Shown: positions 37,797-47,527, counted from the stretch's first letter. The stretch: 64,000 bases of DNA from Patescibacteria group bacterium (GCA_035288465.1 DATEAH010000005.1:131636-195635), one strand, 5' to 3'. Program-made: numbers and translations. Notes: generated by a model from the sequence alone, not told the origin.

Positions 37797-39269
37797 ATGA
37801 ACGTGAAAGTTGGCAGTTTGACTTTTGGCAATAATTCCAAAGTCATCACTCAAAAACAAAATGTAAAAAATCAAAAAGCGGTTACTTTTTGGAATCACAA
37901 AGCGGTTAAACCTACTTTAGGCATTATGACCTTTTTAGCTGTCACTCTTTTAGGCTATGGCTCATTCGCCTATGCTTTTCAACACAAGATTTATCCGGGT
38001 GTTAATGTGGCCGGAATTAATTTGGGCGGAAAAACTAAAGACGAAGCGCTTCAGCTTTTAGGCCAAAAATACAAAGAATGGTCAAGCCAAAAAATGACGG
38101 TGGCAGTTGGTGATACCAAAGTGACGGAAAAATTAACCAACATCGGCGTTAGTTATAGCCCTGGCGACTTAGCTGATAAAGCGTTTGCGGTTGGTCATAG
38201 TCAAAATTGGTTTGAAAACGCCAAATCAACGGTGAATTTAGCTTTCAACGAAGTTAGTTTTAATCCTACCTATAATATTAGTAAAAAGAAATGGAACAAT
38301 TATTTAAATCAATTAAGTTCTAAAATTGAAAAAAAGGCCGAAGATCCCCACTTAGAATTAGCCAATGGTAAAACCAAGATCGTTTTAGGCCAAACTGGCA
38401 TTACTTTAGAAACTGATAAATTAAAAGACCAAATTTTTACCAAAGCTCAAGCTGGCACTTTAGATGAGATTCAAGCTCCAGTGACCAAAAGCCAAATTGC
38501 AGTTCCTGATGATCAAGCGGCTCAAATTACCCAAACTGCGGATAATTATTTAGCCCATACAATTTCTTTAACCTATGAAAATCAAAATTATGTGGCTTCA
38601 AAAAGTGAAATTTTCACTTGGTTAATTTTAACTAAAAATGGTGAAGATTTCAGTTTAAGCCTTTCTAGCCAAACCATTGCCGGTTTTGTGAGTTCTGCTG
38701 CCCGTCATATTGATAAAGCGGCAATTGCTAAAGAAGTCACTCCTGCTGGACAAGTTTTATCTGAAGGTGCGGCTGGTCAAGCAGTTAATCAATCTGCGGC
38801 AGTGTCGGCGGTTAAAGCGGCTTTAGCCGGTAAGGGTTCAGACCAAATCGCTTTAGCGGTATCACCAGTTCAACCATCGGTTCGCACTATTTACCCTGCT
38901 GGGACTCCTGGTTTATTCCCTGGCAAATACATTGAAATTGTGCTTTCTAAACAAACCTTATATGCTTTTGATGGACAAACTTTAGTCAGATCGTTCTTAA
39001 TTTCTTCTGGAGTTGCAAGTCACCCTTCTCCTGTTGGTATGTTCGCCATCTATTCAAAATCACGTTCTGTTTTAATGTCTGGCCCTGACTATTATTTACC
39101 TAATGTTCAATGGGTTAACAGATTTTACGGCCCTTATTCAATTCACGGCACTTACTGGCATAGCAACTTCGGTCACCCCATGAGCCATGGATGTATCAAC
39201 GCGACTAACGGCGATGCTGCCTTCATCTACACTTGGGCGCCAATGGGTACTCCGGTCGTAATTCACTAA
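37797..39269 (+). CDS. L,D-transpeptidase (YkuD domain) with N-terminal TM anchor and extended periplasmic region
   Basis: C-terminal YkuD catalytic motif HPMSHGCINATNGDAAFIY; N-terminal TM helix. Confidence 0.8.
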   Translation: MNVKVGSLTFGNNSKVITQKQNVKNQKAVTFWNHKAVKPTLGIMTFLAVTLLGYGSFAYAFQHKIYPGVNVAGINLGGKTKDEALQLLGQKYKEWSSQKMTVAVGDTKVTEKLTNIGVSYSPGDLADKAFAVGHSQNWFENAKSTVNLAFNEVSFNPTYNISKKKWNNYLNQLSSKIEKKAEDPHLELANGKTKIVLGQTGITLETDKLKDQIFTKAQAGTLDEIQAPVTKSQIAVPDDQAAQITQTADNYLAHTISLTYENQNYVASKSEIFTWLILTKNGEDFSLSLSSQTIAGFVSSAARHIDKAAIAKEVTPAGQVLSEGAAGQAVNQSAAVSAVKAALAGKGSDQIALAVSPVQPSVRTIYPAGTPGLFPGKYIEIVLSKQTLYAFDGQTLVRSFLISSGVASHPSPVGMFAIYSKSRSVLMSGPDYYLPNVQWVNRFYGPYSIHGTYWHSNFGHPMSHGCINATNGDAAFIYTWAPMGTPVVIH

Positions 39270-39297
39270 CAAAAATTAGAAATATCAAATAAAAAAA

Positions 39298-39328
39298 GGG
39301 CTCCGAAAATTCGGGGCTCTTTTTTTTG
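39298..39328 (+). terminator. rho-independent terminator
   Basis: A-run, CTCCGA-AAAT-TCGGGG hairpin, then TTTTTTTT. Confidence 0.7.
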
Positions 39329-39393
39329 TGCTTAAATTGAGGTATAATTAGGATAATTTCCAGGACTTTAACAACTTATTAAAAACAAGGGGG

Positions 39394-39573
39394 ATGAAGT
39401 CGATAGCTAAAGGAATGCGGCGCTCTAAAAAATTTGCGAGATTAAGGGCAGAATGCCAGGTTGCTACGGTAATTCAAAATTTCGGTAATGGAGAAATGAT
39501 TGAGCTAATCCAAAAACTTAACGATGAATCCAGGAGAAAGTATAATGGATATAAACGTCGAAGGAGGAGATAA
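39394..39573 (+). CDS. small basic protein (59 aa, C-terminal RRRRR), not in ORF track
   Basis: AAGGGGG SD + ATG; stop 6 nt before the next ATG; next gene's SD GAAGGAGGAG lies inside its 3' end. Confidence 0.35.
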   Translation: MKSIAKGMRRSKKFARLRAECQVATVIQNFGNGEMIELIQKLNDESRRKYNGYKRRRRR

Positions 39574-39579
39574 ATCTAG

Positions 39580-39852
39580 ATGCCTAGAGCGCAGAAATGG
39601 GACAAAGATAGAGCGGAATTTTGCGCTGCGCGAGATTTGCATCATGCTCTTAAACCTTATTATTCCGATAAAGTCTTGGCAGGAGTTTTGCCTGGCCGCA
39701 AAGAAGAACTTTCAGCCAGAAAAGGAAGAAAAAGAAAACGTCGAGAAGCAGAAGCTACTGGAAGTGTAAGAATTGTCGGAGAAAATTCCACTCCGAAACA
39801 AAAACCCGAAAAAACAATAATACCAAGACGAAAGAAAGGTGATCCGAAATGA
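39580..39852 (+). CDS. small Lys/Arg-rich protein (90 aa), unknown function
   Basis: GAAGGAGGAG SD + ATG; stop overlaps the next start (ATGA). Confidence 0.45.
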   Translation: MPRAQKWDKDRAEFCAARDLHHALKPYYSDKVLAGVLPGRKEELSARKGRKRKRREAEATGSVRIVGENSTPKQKPEKTIIPRRKKGDPK

Positions 39853-40346
39853 TCTGGCTACTCTTCGTGGAAACGCCGATTGCTTGGATATTGAGCGGTT
39901 ATATGCTATATTGGGTTTTTTCTTCTTCGCTGCCGACATCTGAAAGAAAAAGATTATTCCTGACCCAATTTTTACCTCTGTTTTTTGTACATTTTGTCGC
40001 TAAATATATTGGCCAAACCCGTTTTTATACTCCGCTATATATCGAAAAAGGTCCTCTATTTAGCGATGTTATGATCTGTATGCTTTTAGGCTGGTGGATA
40101 TATGTAATCGCATTCTACTGGTTTGAACTAAAGAAAAAGTCGACATCAACCCAAAGGGATTTCCTTCAAGTGCATGCGCTCCTCGGTTTCTTGCTGGCTT
40201 TTGTTGGTTATTTTGGCTTTTTGTTCTACTACCACGATTTATATATTGCAATTCCTGTTTTTTGGGTTTATCTGGTCTTTTCTCTTATGCTTTGGATTGC
40301 AGGAGAACATCTAGATCTAAAACTTAAACCCAAGGAGACAAAATAA
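39849..40346 (+). CDS. integral membrane protein (165 aa), unknown function
   Basis: 4-5 TM helices; translationally coupled to the upstream ORF. Confidence 0.5.
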   Translation: MIWLLFVETPIAWILSGYMLYWVFSSSLPTSERKRLFLTQFLPLFFVHFVAKYIGQTRFYTPLYIEKGPLFSDVMICMLLGWWIYVIAFYWFELKKKSTSTQRDFLQVHALLGFLLAFVGYFGFLFYYHDLYIAIPVFWVYLVFSLMLWIAGEHLDLKLKPKETK

Positions 40347-40349
40347 GCC

Positions 40350-40508
40350 GATGAAAACAGCGTCAAAAAGATCGTTAATACGGACGCCGCTGAGGGCTAG
40401 ATTTTATTGCTTGAGAGAAATGGCTCTTCGGACTCGTCTTTGGCCAACGGAATTAGTTAGATTCCCGGAAAAATCCCAAATTAAAACCAAATTAAATCCA
40501 AGAACCTG
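40350..40508 (+). CDS. possible small Arg-rich protein (52 aa)
   Basis: AAGGAGA SD + ATG 3 nt after the upstream stop; speculative. Confidence 0.25.
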
Positions 40509-40514
40509 ATTGGT

Positions 40515-40612
40515 GTATCATTTTTTGCCCACACCTGTTAGGTTCTTTTTTTATGGGTTCGATGCCCATAATCCCGCATTCCTCGCGTCACGATAGGAAA
40601 ATCTGCGGGATA
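40515..40612 (+). repeat. island-associated repeat copy 2 (T-run + GGGTTCGATGCCCATAATCCCGC ... GCGGGAT)
   Basis: aligns with 37440-37535. Confidence 0.5.
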
Positions 40613-40622
40613 ACTTGCGAGA

Positions 40623-41615
40623 TCAATTTTTTTCGCAGACGCGCATTTTGGCGGAGCGGCTTTTGGGATTTTGCTCAATTTCTGCAGGTGCAGGTACCAG
40701 AGGTTTTGAGGTCAAGATTTTAATTTTGGGTTTTTTGCCGCAAACGCAAACCGGCGCTTTTGGCGGACATTCGCAAGGATTAGCGAGCTGACGGAAAGTT
40801 TTTTTCACTAAGCGATCTTCGAGGGAATGAAAAGAGATAATTATTAATCTCGCGCCGGGCATTAAAACATCAGCAAATTCAAAAATGGCTTTTTCTAAAT
40901 TTTCAAGCTCTGAATTTACTGCCATTCGCAAAGCGCGAAAGATATTTGTCGCAAAATGTTTTTCGCGGCTATATCGCCACTTTGGCGGGGTAGCGGTTTT
41001 GATAATTTCCACTAATTGATTGGTAAAAGTTATTTTTTGGGTTTTTCTGGTAATAATAATTTGCTTTGCAATCCGACCAGCAAATGGGGACTCCCCTAAC
41101 TTTGAAAAAATATCCCGCAATTTGGATTCTGGCCATTCGTTGACTATAAGTTCTGCAGTTAGGGTTAGGGTTTGACTTTGGTCTAATCTCATATCAAGTT
41201 TGGCGAGCACATTAAAACTAAAACCGCGGCTGGCAGTTTCTAATTGATGAGTTGAAACGCCTAAATCCAACAAAGCGCCGGAAATTTGTTTTATTTTTAA
41301 TTTTGATAAAATTTGTTTGATATTAGAAAAATTATCCTGTACAAAAATTATTCGCTTTCCAAATTTAGCTAATTTTTTTTGAGAAGCCTTAATCGCTTCT
41401 ATATCCAAATCAATCCCAATAACATTACAGTTTTGAGATTTTCCGCCCGAGGCGGATCCACCTTTGACGGAGAGTTTGGAGATTTGAGTTTTTTCGAGTA
41501 GAGCTCGCGTATGGCCACCGCCGCCCAAAGTCCCATCAACAAAAAAACCACCCTTTTGAGGCTGGAAAAAATTCAAAACTTCATTTGGCATCACCGAAAG
41601 ATGATATTGTTTCAT
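40623..41615 (-). CDS. rsmH: 16S rRNA (cytosine1402-N4)-methyltransferase RsmH (MraW)
   Basis: VDGTLGGGGHTRALLEK SAM-binding motif and RsmH layout, with a Gly/Ser-rich insertion. Confidence 0.8.
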   Translation of the reverse strand: MKQYHLSVMPNEVLNFFQPQKGGFFVDGTLGGGGHTRALLEKTQISKLSVKGGSASGGKSQNCNVIGIDLDIEAIKASQKKLAKFGKRIIFVQDNFSNIKQILSKLKIKQISGALLDLGVSTHQLETASRGFSFNVLAKLDMRLDQSQTLTLTAELIVNEWPESKLRDIFSKLGESPFAGRIAKQIIITRKTQKITFTNQLVEIIKTATPPKWRYSREKHFATNIFRALRMAVNSELENLEKAIFEFADVLMPGARLIIISFHSLEDRLVKKTFRQLANPCECPPKAPVCVCGKKPKIKILTSKPLVPAPAEIEQNPKSRSAKMRVCEKN

Positions 41616-41761
41616 GTTATTATCTAAGGAAAAGGTAAATTAAAAAACCAATCCCGATCGCGATCGCGAGATATAACAAACCGTTATTTTTAGAATTGCG
41701 ATCATCTTGTTCTCTTAATTTGTCCTTGGTATAATCTCGATCCAAAATTCCCATTTTTACC

Positions 41762-42400
41762 TCAATTATTTGGCTGATATTTTAAAGCTTCATCGAAAAC
41801 TTTTTTATTAATTTCATGAAATTTTTCATTCAAACTCTCAGCTACCGCCTGCCAGGCAATTTCTGGCTTAATCGGTAAAATCCCCAAACCAACCGCCATT
41901 CCAAAAAAATAAATATTAGTAGACATTTTATCACCAGTTATTTCCAAAACCTTGTCTTCGACGGCGACTTTAATGACTTTTTTGGCTGATTGATTTATTT
42001 GCGTTTCAAGTTCTTCTAAGTTTACCTGATCGTCATATGGCCAGAATATTCCGGATTCAGCCAGGATAGTAGTTTTTTGCGGTTTTGCCCAATTCTTGGC
42101 ACGGACAGCTTCAATGAAATCCATACCAATAATTAAATCTGCATCGTTATCGGCAACTTGTGGGGAAAAAACTACTTCACCAAATCTAATTTGACATTGC
42201 AAGCTACCACCGCGCTGAGCTAAACCATGTAATTCACTTTCTAAAACCTGAAAACTTTGTTTTTGCGCCGCTGCCGTGACTAATTTTGCCAAAGTGATTA
42301 CACCTTGACCGCCATAACCGGTTAAAATTAAATTAAAAGTTTTATTATCCGAGGCTTGTTTTGTCCCAAAAATTGATTTTATTTTATTTAGCATTTTCAC
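41762..42400 (-). CDS. iorB: indolepyruvate/2-oxoacid:ferredoxin oxidoreductase beta (gamma-type) subunit
   Basis: LILTGYGGQGVITLAKLV motif of OFOR gamma-domain proteins; overlaps iorA. Confidence 0.65.
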   Translation of the reverse strand: MKMLNKIKSIFGTKQASDNKTFNLILTGYGGQGVITLAKLVTAAAQKQSFQVLESELHGLAQRGGSLQCQIRFGEVVFSPQVADNDADLIIGMDFIEAVRAKNWAKPQKTTILAESGIFWPYDDQVNLEELETQINQSAKKVIKVAVEDKVLEITGDKMSTNIYFFGMAVGLGILPIKPEIAWQAVAESLNEKFHEINKKVFDEALKYQPNN

Positions 42401-44234
42401 CTTCTTTCATGATTTCGACTGAATTTGGGGCGAGCTGCTTGCAAACTGAACAGCCAGTACAAGTGGCCGGATCAATGGCAAGGCCGTTGTCTGTTTCAAT
42501 AAAGGCTGGGCAATGATAAGCGCGTAAAATTTTATTATCTGTCTCGTTTTGTTTTACAATTTGGAATATTGGCAATTTTTGACCTGAATCTTTGGCTTTT
42601 TTGACGGTCATAAGCCGGCACTCGCCTTTGGCGACAAAGACGCTCACGCCTTTTTGGGCATAAGCTGATTTAATGGCCTCAACCGCGTTATTAAAATCAT
42701 AAATGGAAATTGTCTGAACTGCATCAACGCCGCAAGCTTTGACAATCGGTTCAATATCAATTTTTTTCACTACATCGCCTTCGCCGGTGAGGCCAGTGCT
42801 AGGATTGGGCTGATGGCCAGTCATAGCGGTGTAGTTATTATCCATAATGATTAATAAAATATCGCTTTGGTTGTAGACTAAATTAACTAAGGCTGGCAAA
42901 CCGGCGTGGAAAAAGGTTGAATCACCAATAAAGGCGACTGGTTTTTGACTAGTTGTTTTGGAGATGCCATGAGCGATCCCCACGCCAGCACCCATCGCCA
43001 CAACCCAATCCAACATTTGAATTGGTTTGTAAGCGCCGATCATATAACAACCAATATCCCCGCCATATATTTTATCTTCGCCTAAGGCTTTTTTGACCGC
43101 GTTAAAGGTAGCACGGTGCGGACAACCATGGCATAAAAATGGCAAACGGGTCGCCACTTCATTTTTTGCCGGGTTTTCGGCCGGGCTAATCGCCTGAGAA
43201 GCAATGGCTTTGGGCAAATTATCGGCAATGATTTTGGCATTTAGCTCGCCGATTTTGGGAAAATATTTTTCACCGACAATTTGGAGTTTTATGTTTTGAT
43301 CTTGAGCAATTCTTTTTAATTCATTTTCTAAAACCGGCTCTAATTCCTCAATAACGATCACTTTGGTTAATTTTGACATAAACGCGGCGGCTTTTTGGTC
43401 GGGAAATGGTGCGGATAGACCAATTTTAAAAACCGGTAGATTCCTGGCTGATTCTAACATCACTTCTTGTAAATATTGCCAGCTCACCCCTGAAACTGCC
43501 ACTCCAATTTTGCCTTTTTGATTATTCACAAAATTCAAAGGATCAGTTTCTGAAACCTCATTTTTGATTTTGATCATTTTATCTAAGATTTTCGCATGCA
43601 AAGCCACGGTTTGGCTAGCACCCATTTTAAAGCCTTCGGGATTTTTTTCAAACTTGCCTTGAGTCTGATATGAATCTGGAAGTTGGTCAAAATTAACCAA
43701 GCCGCGCACATAGGAAACTCGGGTGGTCATTCTTAAAATCACCGGGATTTTATATTTTGCCGAAACTTCAAAAGCTTTTTTAGTCATGATTCGCGCTTCT
43801 TCGGGGTTTGAAGGCTCTAAAACTGGCAAATGTCCAATTTTAGCTAACAATCTGGAGTCTTGTTCGGTTTGCACCGAACTATAAGATCCCGGATCATCTG
43901 CCACCACCACCACCAATGGGCATCCTAAATATCCCAAAGGCAATAATGAATCCAAGGCAACATTTAAGCCATAATGTTTCATTACCACCATTGATTTGAC
44001 GCCAGCAAATGCCGCACCGGCGGCCGCTTCTAAGGCGATTTTTTCATTGGTGCTATATTCAAAATAAATGCCGACTTTTTTAGCAATTTGGCCGGCGGTA
44101 TCGGAAATTTCTGAAGCTGGTGTTCCAGGATAGCCGGAAATAAAACCCACGCCAGCCTCTAAAGCGCCTCGCACCACCGCTTCATTGCCAAAAATTATTT
44201 CACCTTTTGAATCGCCGATCAAACCATCAGACAT
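42384..44234 (-). CDS. iorA: indolepyruvate ferredoxin oxidoreductase alpha subunit (TPP-binding, 4Fe-4S)
   Basis: 616 aa; TPP-binding region GDSTFFHAG, ferredoxin cysteines CHGCPHRA and CTGCSVC. Confidence 0.75.
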   Translation of the reverse strand: MSDGLIGDSKGEIIFGNEAVVRGALEAGVGFISGYPGTPASEISDTAGQIAKKVGIYFEYSTNEKIALEAAAGAAFAGVKSMVVMKHYGLNVALDSLLPLGYLGCPLVVVVADDPGSYSSVQTEQDSRLLAKIGHLPVLEPSNPEEARIMTKKAFEVSAKYKIPVILRMTTRVSYVRGLVNFDQLPDSYQTQGKFEKNPEGFKMGASQTVALHAKILDKMIKIKNEVSETDPLNFVNNQKGKIGVAVSGVSWQYLQEVMLESARNLPVFKIGLSAPFPDQKAAAFMSKLTKVIVIEELEPVLENELKRIAQDQNIKLQIVGEKYFPKIGELNAKIIADNLPKAIASQAISPAENPAKNEVATRLPFLCHGCPHRATFNAVKKALGEDKIYGGDIGCYMIGAYKPIQMLDWVVAMGAGVGIAHGISKTTSQKPVAFIGDSTFFHAGLPALVNLVYNQSDILLIIMDNNYTAMTGHQPNPSTGLTGEGDVVKKIDIEPIVKACGVDAVQTISIYDFNNAVEAIKSAYAQKGVSVFVAKGECRLMTVKKAKDSGQKLPIFQIVKQNETDNKILRAYHCPAFIETDNGLAIDPATCTGCSVCKQLAPNSVEIMKEGENAK

Positions 44235-44320
44235 GTGCCTCTCCTTTAAGAACTATTTCGATTATTTTCTATTTCCATTATAACATATTTATTTCGCCAA
44301 AATCCTGGTATAGTATTAAT

Positions 44321-44803
44321 ATGAATTATTTGAAAAAATTAGCAAAAATCATCGGTTTGTTTTTAGCATTGGCAATGGCTGTGGCGGTCATCATTTTTGG
44401 CTATTATTTTATTCAAGCCTTGCGCCAACAAAATTTAAAGGCTGAGGTGATGATAAAAAATCAACAATATCAAGTTGAAATGGTCAAAACTCCCATAAAA
44501 ATGGCTGAGGGATTATCGGGCAGAAATGAATTAGCGACAAATTCAGGGATGCTTTTTGTTTATGACGACAAACAAAAGCGTGATTTTTGGATGAATAAGA
44601 TGAATTTTGATTTGGATATAATTTTTATTGACGATAGTCGCGTGGTAGATTTTGTTACCCTGAAAAAACCGGAAAGTTCAAACAAAATTCCAAAATATAC
44701 CAATCTGAAACCGGCAAATTTTGTTTTAGAAATACCTGCTGGTGAAGCGAAAAAATTAGGGCTAAAAATTGGCGACATGGTTGAAATTAATCAATCTCAA
44801 TAA
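44321..44803 (+). CDS. DUF192-family protein
   Basis: signal/TM then PIKMAEGLSGRNELATNSGMLFVYD pattern typical of DUF192; start placed at MNYLKK. Confidence 0.6.
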   Translation: MNYLKKLAKIIGLFLALAMAVAVIIFGYYFIQALRQQNLKAEVMIKNQQYQVEMVKTPIKMAEGLSGRNELATNSGMLFVYDDKQKRDFWMNKMNFDLDIIFIDDSRVVDFVTLKKPESSNKIPKYTNLKPANFVLEIPAGEAKKLGLKIGDMVEINQSQ

Positions 44804-45008
44804 TTTTGTGGCGCGATTTTTCGCCTTTTTGAATAGTGATTTGGCTTTTTTTAATTTTAAAATAATCAGCTAAAATTTCAACGAGAGCCTTGTTGGCTTT
44901 ATTTTTTTGGGCAGGTTTGGTTAAATAAACTTTTAAGCCGTCTTCGGTTTCTTTGACGGTATTTAGTTTGGCTTTGGGAATAACTTTCACTTTAATAATT
45001 TTAGTCAT
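44787..45008 (-). CDS. DUF167 (YggU/UPF0235) protein
   Basis: 73 aa; KVKVIPKAK...ANKALVEILA pattern. Confidence 0.55.
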   Translation of the reverse strand: MTKIIKVKVIPKAKLNTVKETEDGLKVYLTKPAQKNKANKALVEILADYFKIKKSQITIQKGEKSRHKIIEID

Positions 45009-45429
45009 TTTCTAAAAATAGCCCCTCTAAACCGGTTTTAGGTTCTAATTTGCGAATCATTTTAAGGTTTGATTTTAATAGTACAATTTCTCCGGTAGTT
45101 TCAATGGTGCCGGAAATTAAATGTCCACCAAGGGTTTTTTTATTTTCATCGCCCAAAACTGCGTGTAAATGGAATTTATAATCTGATTTTTGTTCTGAAA
45201 TCATACCAGATAGTTGTAAAAGCTCATGGGCTTTTTTAAAATTTTGGGGTAAATATTCAGCTTTGGTTTTAAAAAAACCGAGCTCAAAATTTTTTAATTG
45301 TCCTAAAGCGGAAATAATAATGGCGGTTTGGATATGGTGATTTTGGCAAATTTGCTCTAAACTTTTGAACAAGTCTTTGTCTGGAAATAATCTGGTAATA
45401 ATGAGATTGTTATTTTCTTGAGATTGCAT
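45001..45429 (-). CDS. PPC/DUF296 domain protein
   Basis: YKFHLHAVLGDENKKTLGGHLISG conserved-His motif of DUF296. Confidence 0.5.
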   Translation of the reverse strand: MQSQENNNLIITRLFPDKDLFKSLEQICQNHHIQTAIIISALGQLKNFELGFFKTKAEYLPQNFKKAHELLQLSGMISEQKSDYKFHLHAVLGDENKKTLGGHLISGTIETTGEIVLLKSNLKMIRKLEPKTGLEGLFLEND

Positions 45430-45498
45430 TTTCGCCTCCTTGGATATTATATTGGAATTTTAAATCTGATTCAAATTATTCGATGTCGTCATTAAGGG

Positions 45499-45546
45499 AT
45501 ATAATCCCGCAAAGTTTTCTATTCTGACGCAGGGAAAGCGGGATTG
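45499..45546 (+). repeat. island-associated repeat copy 3 (ATAATCCCGC-loop-GCGGGAT hairpin)
   Basis: same stem sequences as copies 1 and 2; followed by CCCC-TTCG-GGGG tetraloop hairpin at ~45612-45624. Confidence 0.45.
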
Positions 45547-45705
45547 TGAGTATCAAACCCATAAGAACCTCTCGCTTCGCTCGAGAACCTTGTTGCGTGC
45601 TTGCGCTACCCCTTCGGGGCGGCGGCTTCGCCTGGCAAGCGATGCAATAAAAAAATCCCGTCAAGGTAAAAAGTAAAAACCCTAACGGGTGACAAATTGG
45701 TTTAA

Positions 45706-46629
45706 TTATTTAGCTAAAGTGCGTGAGGGACATTTCGGTTTTTTGGGTTTCGGCTGATATGTAGTTGGATCATCATATGGAGTACGCTTTCTATTATGGA
45801 TCAGCCATTCTCGCAATTCTCGTTGATATTGTATTTCAGCATATTCATAATTTAACAGTTCCTGGGCGCAATTTTTAATTTGTTCGCAATTTTCAATTTC
45901 CAAACCATTCTCGAGCCGCAAGACTCCAGCCAAATCATATCGTGACCGGTCTGTCCAATCAGCTTGTATCTCTTGGAAGGCTTGTTCTGGATTCGCAATC
46001 AACTCTTGCAATTCGGAAAATCTTTTGACTTCATATTCTTTCTCTATCTCACTAGCTTTAAATGTGCCGATTGTGTAACTTGTGACGCCAGCATCAAGAA
46101 GTTCTTGCCTTCTGATAATCCATTTCAGTAAAATTGTACCAGCAGTTCGATAGTAATAAACCATTTCCCGATGATTTGGAGATGATTGGTGAAGATGTTT
46201 TCTCAAATCCGAATCTTCAAAATAACCGAAAACCTGACCTTTTTGGGGCATAATCTCTGATAATTCTCGATGCTTGGTCAGCAATTCATCTTCCGGGACA
46301 TCAGGTGAGGCTAGCACTAAATCTACGATTTCCTGCAAAAGGCTTCTCGCCTGATCCGCAATGACTCGGTCAGTGGTGAGCTGCTTGACGGCCATTTGCG
46401 ACACCTCCGGTGGTTGGGTTTTCAGTCGATCTGTATCAAAACCCGAAAGAAGATGCACGGCTCGTTCTGCTTCTCGTTGTTCTGCCTCGTTAACGCAATA
46501 TGTTCCACCAGAATTATTGGGATGTTTTATCTGCGCTCGAATTCGTTCAAATTTTGCATGAATCGGCGTCCAAACCCGGTTTGGCCGTCGTTTTCGCAAA
46601 CCTCTCACCTCCGTAGGCATTAATAACAT
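45706..46629 (-). CDS. hypothetical protein (307 aa), GC-richer than backbone, no recognisable domain
   Basis: long ORF; a GGAGGTGA SD sits before an internal TTG, so the start is uncertain; divergent from the structured GC-rich RNA region. Confidence 0.45.
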   Translation of the reverse strand: MLLMPTEVRGLRKRRPNRVWTPIHAKFERIRAQIKHPNNSGGTYCVNEAEQREAERAVHLLSGFDTDRLKTQPPEVSQMAVKQLTTDRVIADQARSLLQEIVDLVLASPDVPEDELLTKHRELSEIMPQKGQVFGYFEDSDLRKHLHQSSPNHREMVYYYRTAGTILLKWIIRRQELLDAGVTSYTIGTFKASEIEKEYEVKRFSELQELIANPEQAFQEIQADWTDRSRYDLAGVLRLENGLEIENCEQIKNCAQELLNYEYAEIQYQRELREWLIHNRKRTPYDDPTTYQPKPKKPKCPSRTLAK

Positions 46630-46673
46630 TATAATTTAAAATTTTCAAAATGCAAATAAAAATTAGAAAAAAT

Positions 46674-46701
46674 TTGACTTTTGGAAATATCATTATAAAA
46701 T
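46674..46701 (+). promoter_or_regulatory. sigma70-like promoter TTGACT-N16-TAAAAT
   Basis: points into the GC-rich non-coding region. Confidence 0.4.
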
Positions 46702-46704
46702 TAT

Positions 46705-47527
46705 ATTTAAGGAGAAAATTACCAGCAACACAGTGCTGGTTGATATACGCACAAACAGATGGTCAAGCCTTGTTGTCAAGAAGTGAGAGGGCTTGGCAGT
46801 TCTGTTTGATCCTGTCACAGAAGGAGGTGATAGATAGACCACACCAAGAGGATGCCGTTAGACAGGACTCGGTCAGGGATCTCAGGGAACTCGGATCAAG
46901 AATCGGATGACGGGATCTACTGGGTCAGAAAGTGCTTCGGATCACGTGGACAGGTGGATCGGTCACAGATCGTGGTCGTGTTGTACCCGGGGGAGGATGC
47001 TCTAAGGTCGACAACGCGGTCAATGAGGATGTCGTAGTCCAAGTGGAAATGCCCATGCGGGCTTGTGGTCCAAGTAGTCTCGCATCCTCCCCCAGTCGCT
47101 CTTCCAGCTTCACCCTGATACACCCGACGACCAAACGTCGTTCCTGCCGGCTAAACCCGTAAATTCGTGCGGGTTTATGCCCCGGCCATCCTTCTCCAGT
47201 TGTGGAGAAAAACACCATGAAGAAGCTCGCCCTCTGCTGACGATCTACACCGTGGTCAACCCCAAACCTTCTCACCCCCGCATCGTTGCGGGACGCCGAC
47301 CCTACTAAGGGAAGGATCACCAGTCTAACTGGAATCGTCGCACCTTCCCTTAGGCCCTCATCGCCTACACGTCTTGGCGCCAGCCAAGAGCACGACCAGA
47401 GGTCGGAGAGGTTCGTCCTCACCCCTCGCCCCGGCTATTGGAGTACTACAAAGAGCATCCTTAGCTGGAGCACCCCCGAGAGTACGAGAGCTTAGCGCGC
47501 TTTCATGCCCCCGGGGTTTCTTTTTTA
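46705..47527 (+). ncRNA. candidate large (~820 nt) highly structured GC-rich ncRNA, class unknown
   Basis: no dominant reading frame (short overlapping ORFs on both strands); many nested inverted repeats, e.g. GGGGGAGGATGC...GCATCCTCCCCC, AAGGGAAGG...CCTTCCCTT enclosing CCAGT-CTAA-CTGG, ACCAGCA...TGCTGGT; bounded by a promoter and a T-run. Confidence 0.4.

Noticed and set aside
45476-45664. 62-aa minus-strand ORF
   Set aside because: It spans repeat copy 3 and the UUCG-tetraloop hairpin. It is more likely a 3' UTR/terminator region of the 307-aa gene than a coding sequence.
46650-47495. ORFs 46650..46910, 46852..47037, 46932..47162, 47286..47495 (+) and 46917..47123, 46925..47422 (-)
   Set aside because: No consistent frame and no SDs. 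The region shows dense nested stem pairing, so it is interpreted as a structured RNA and not as coding.
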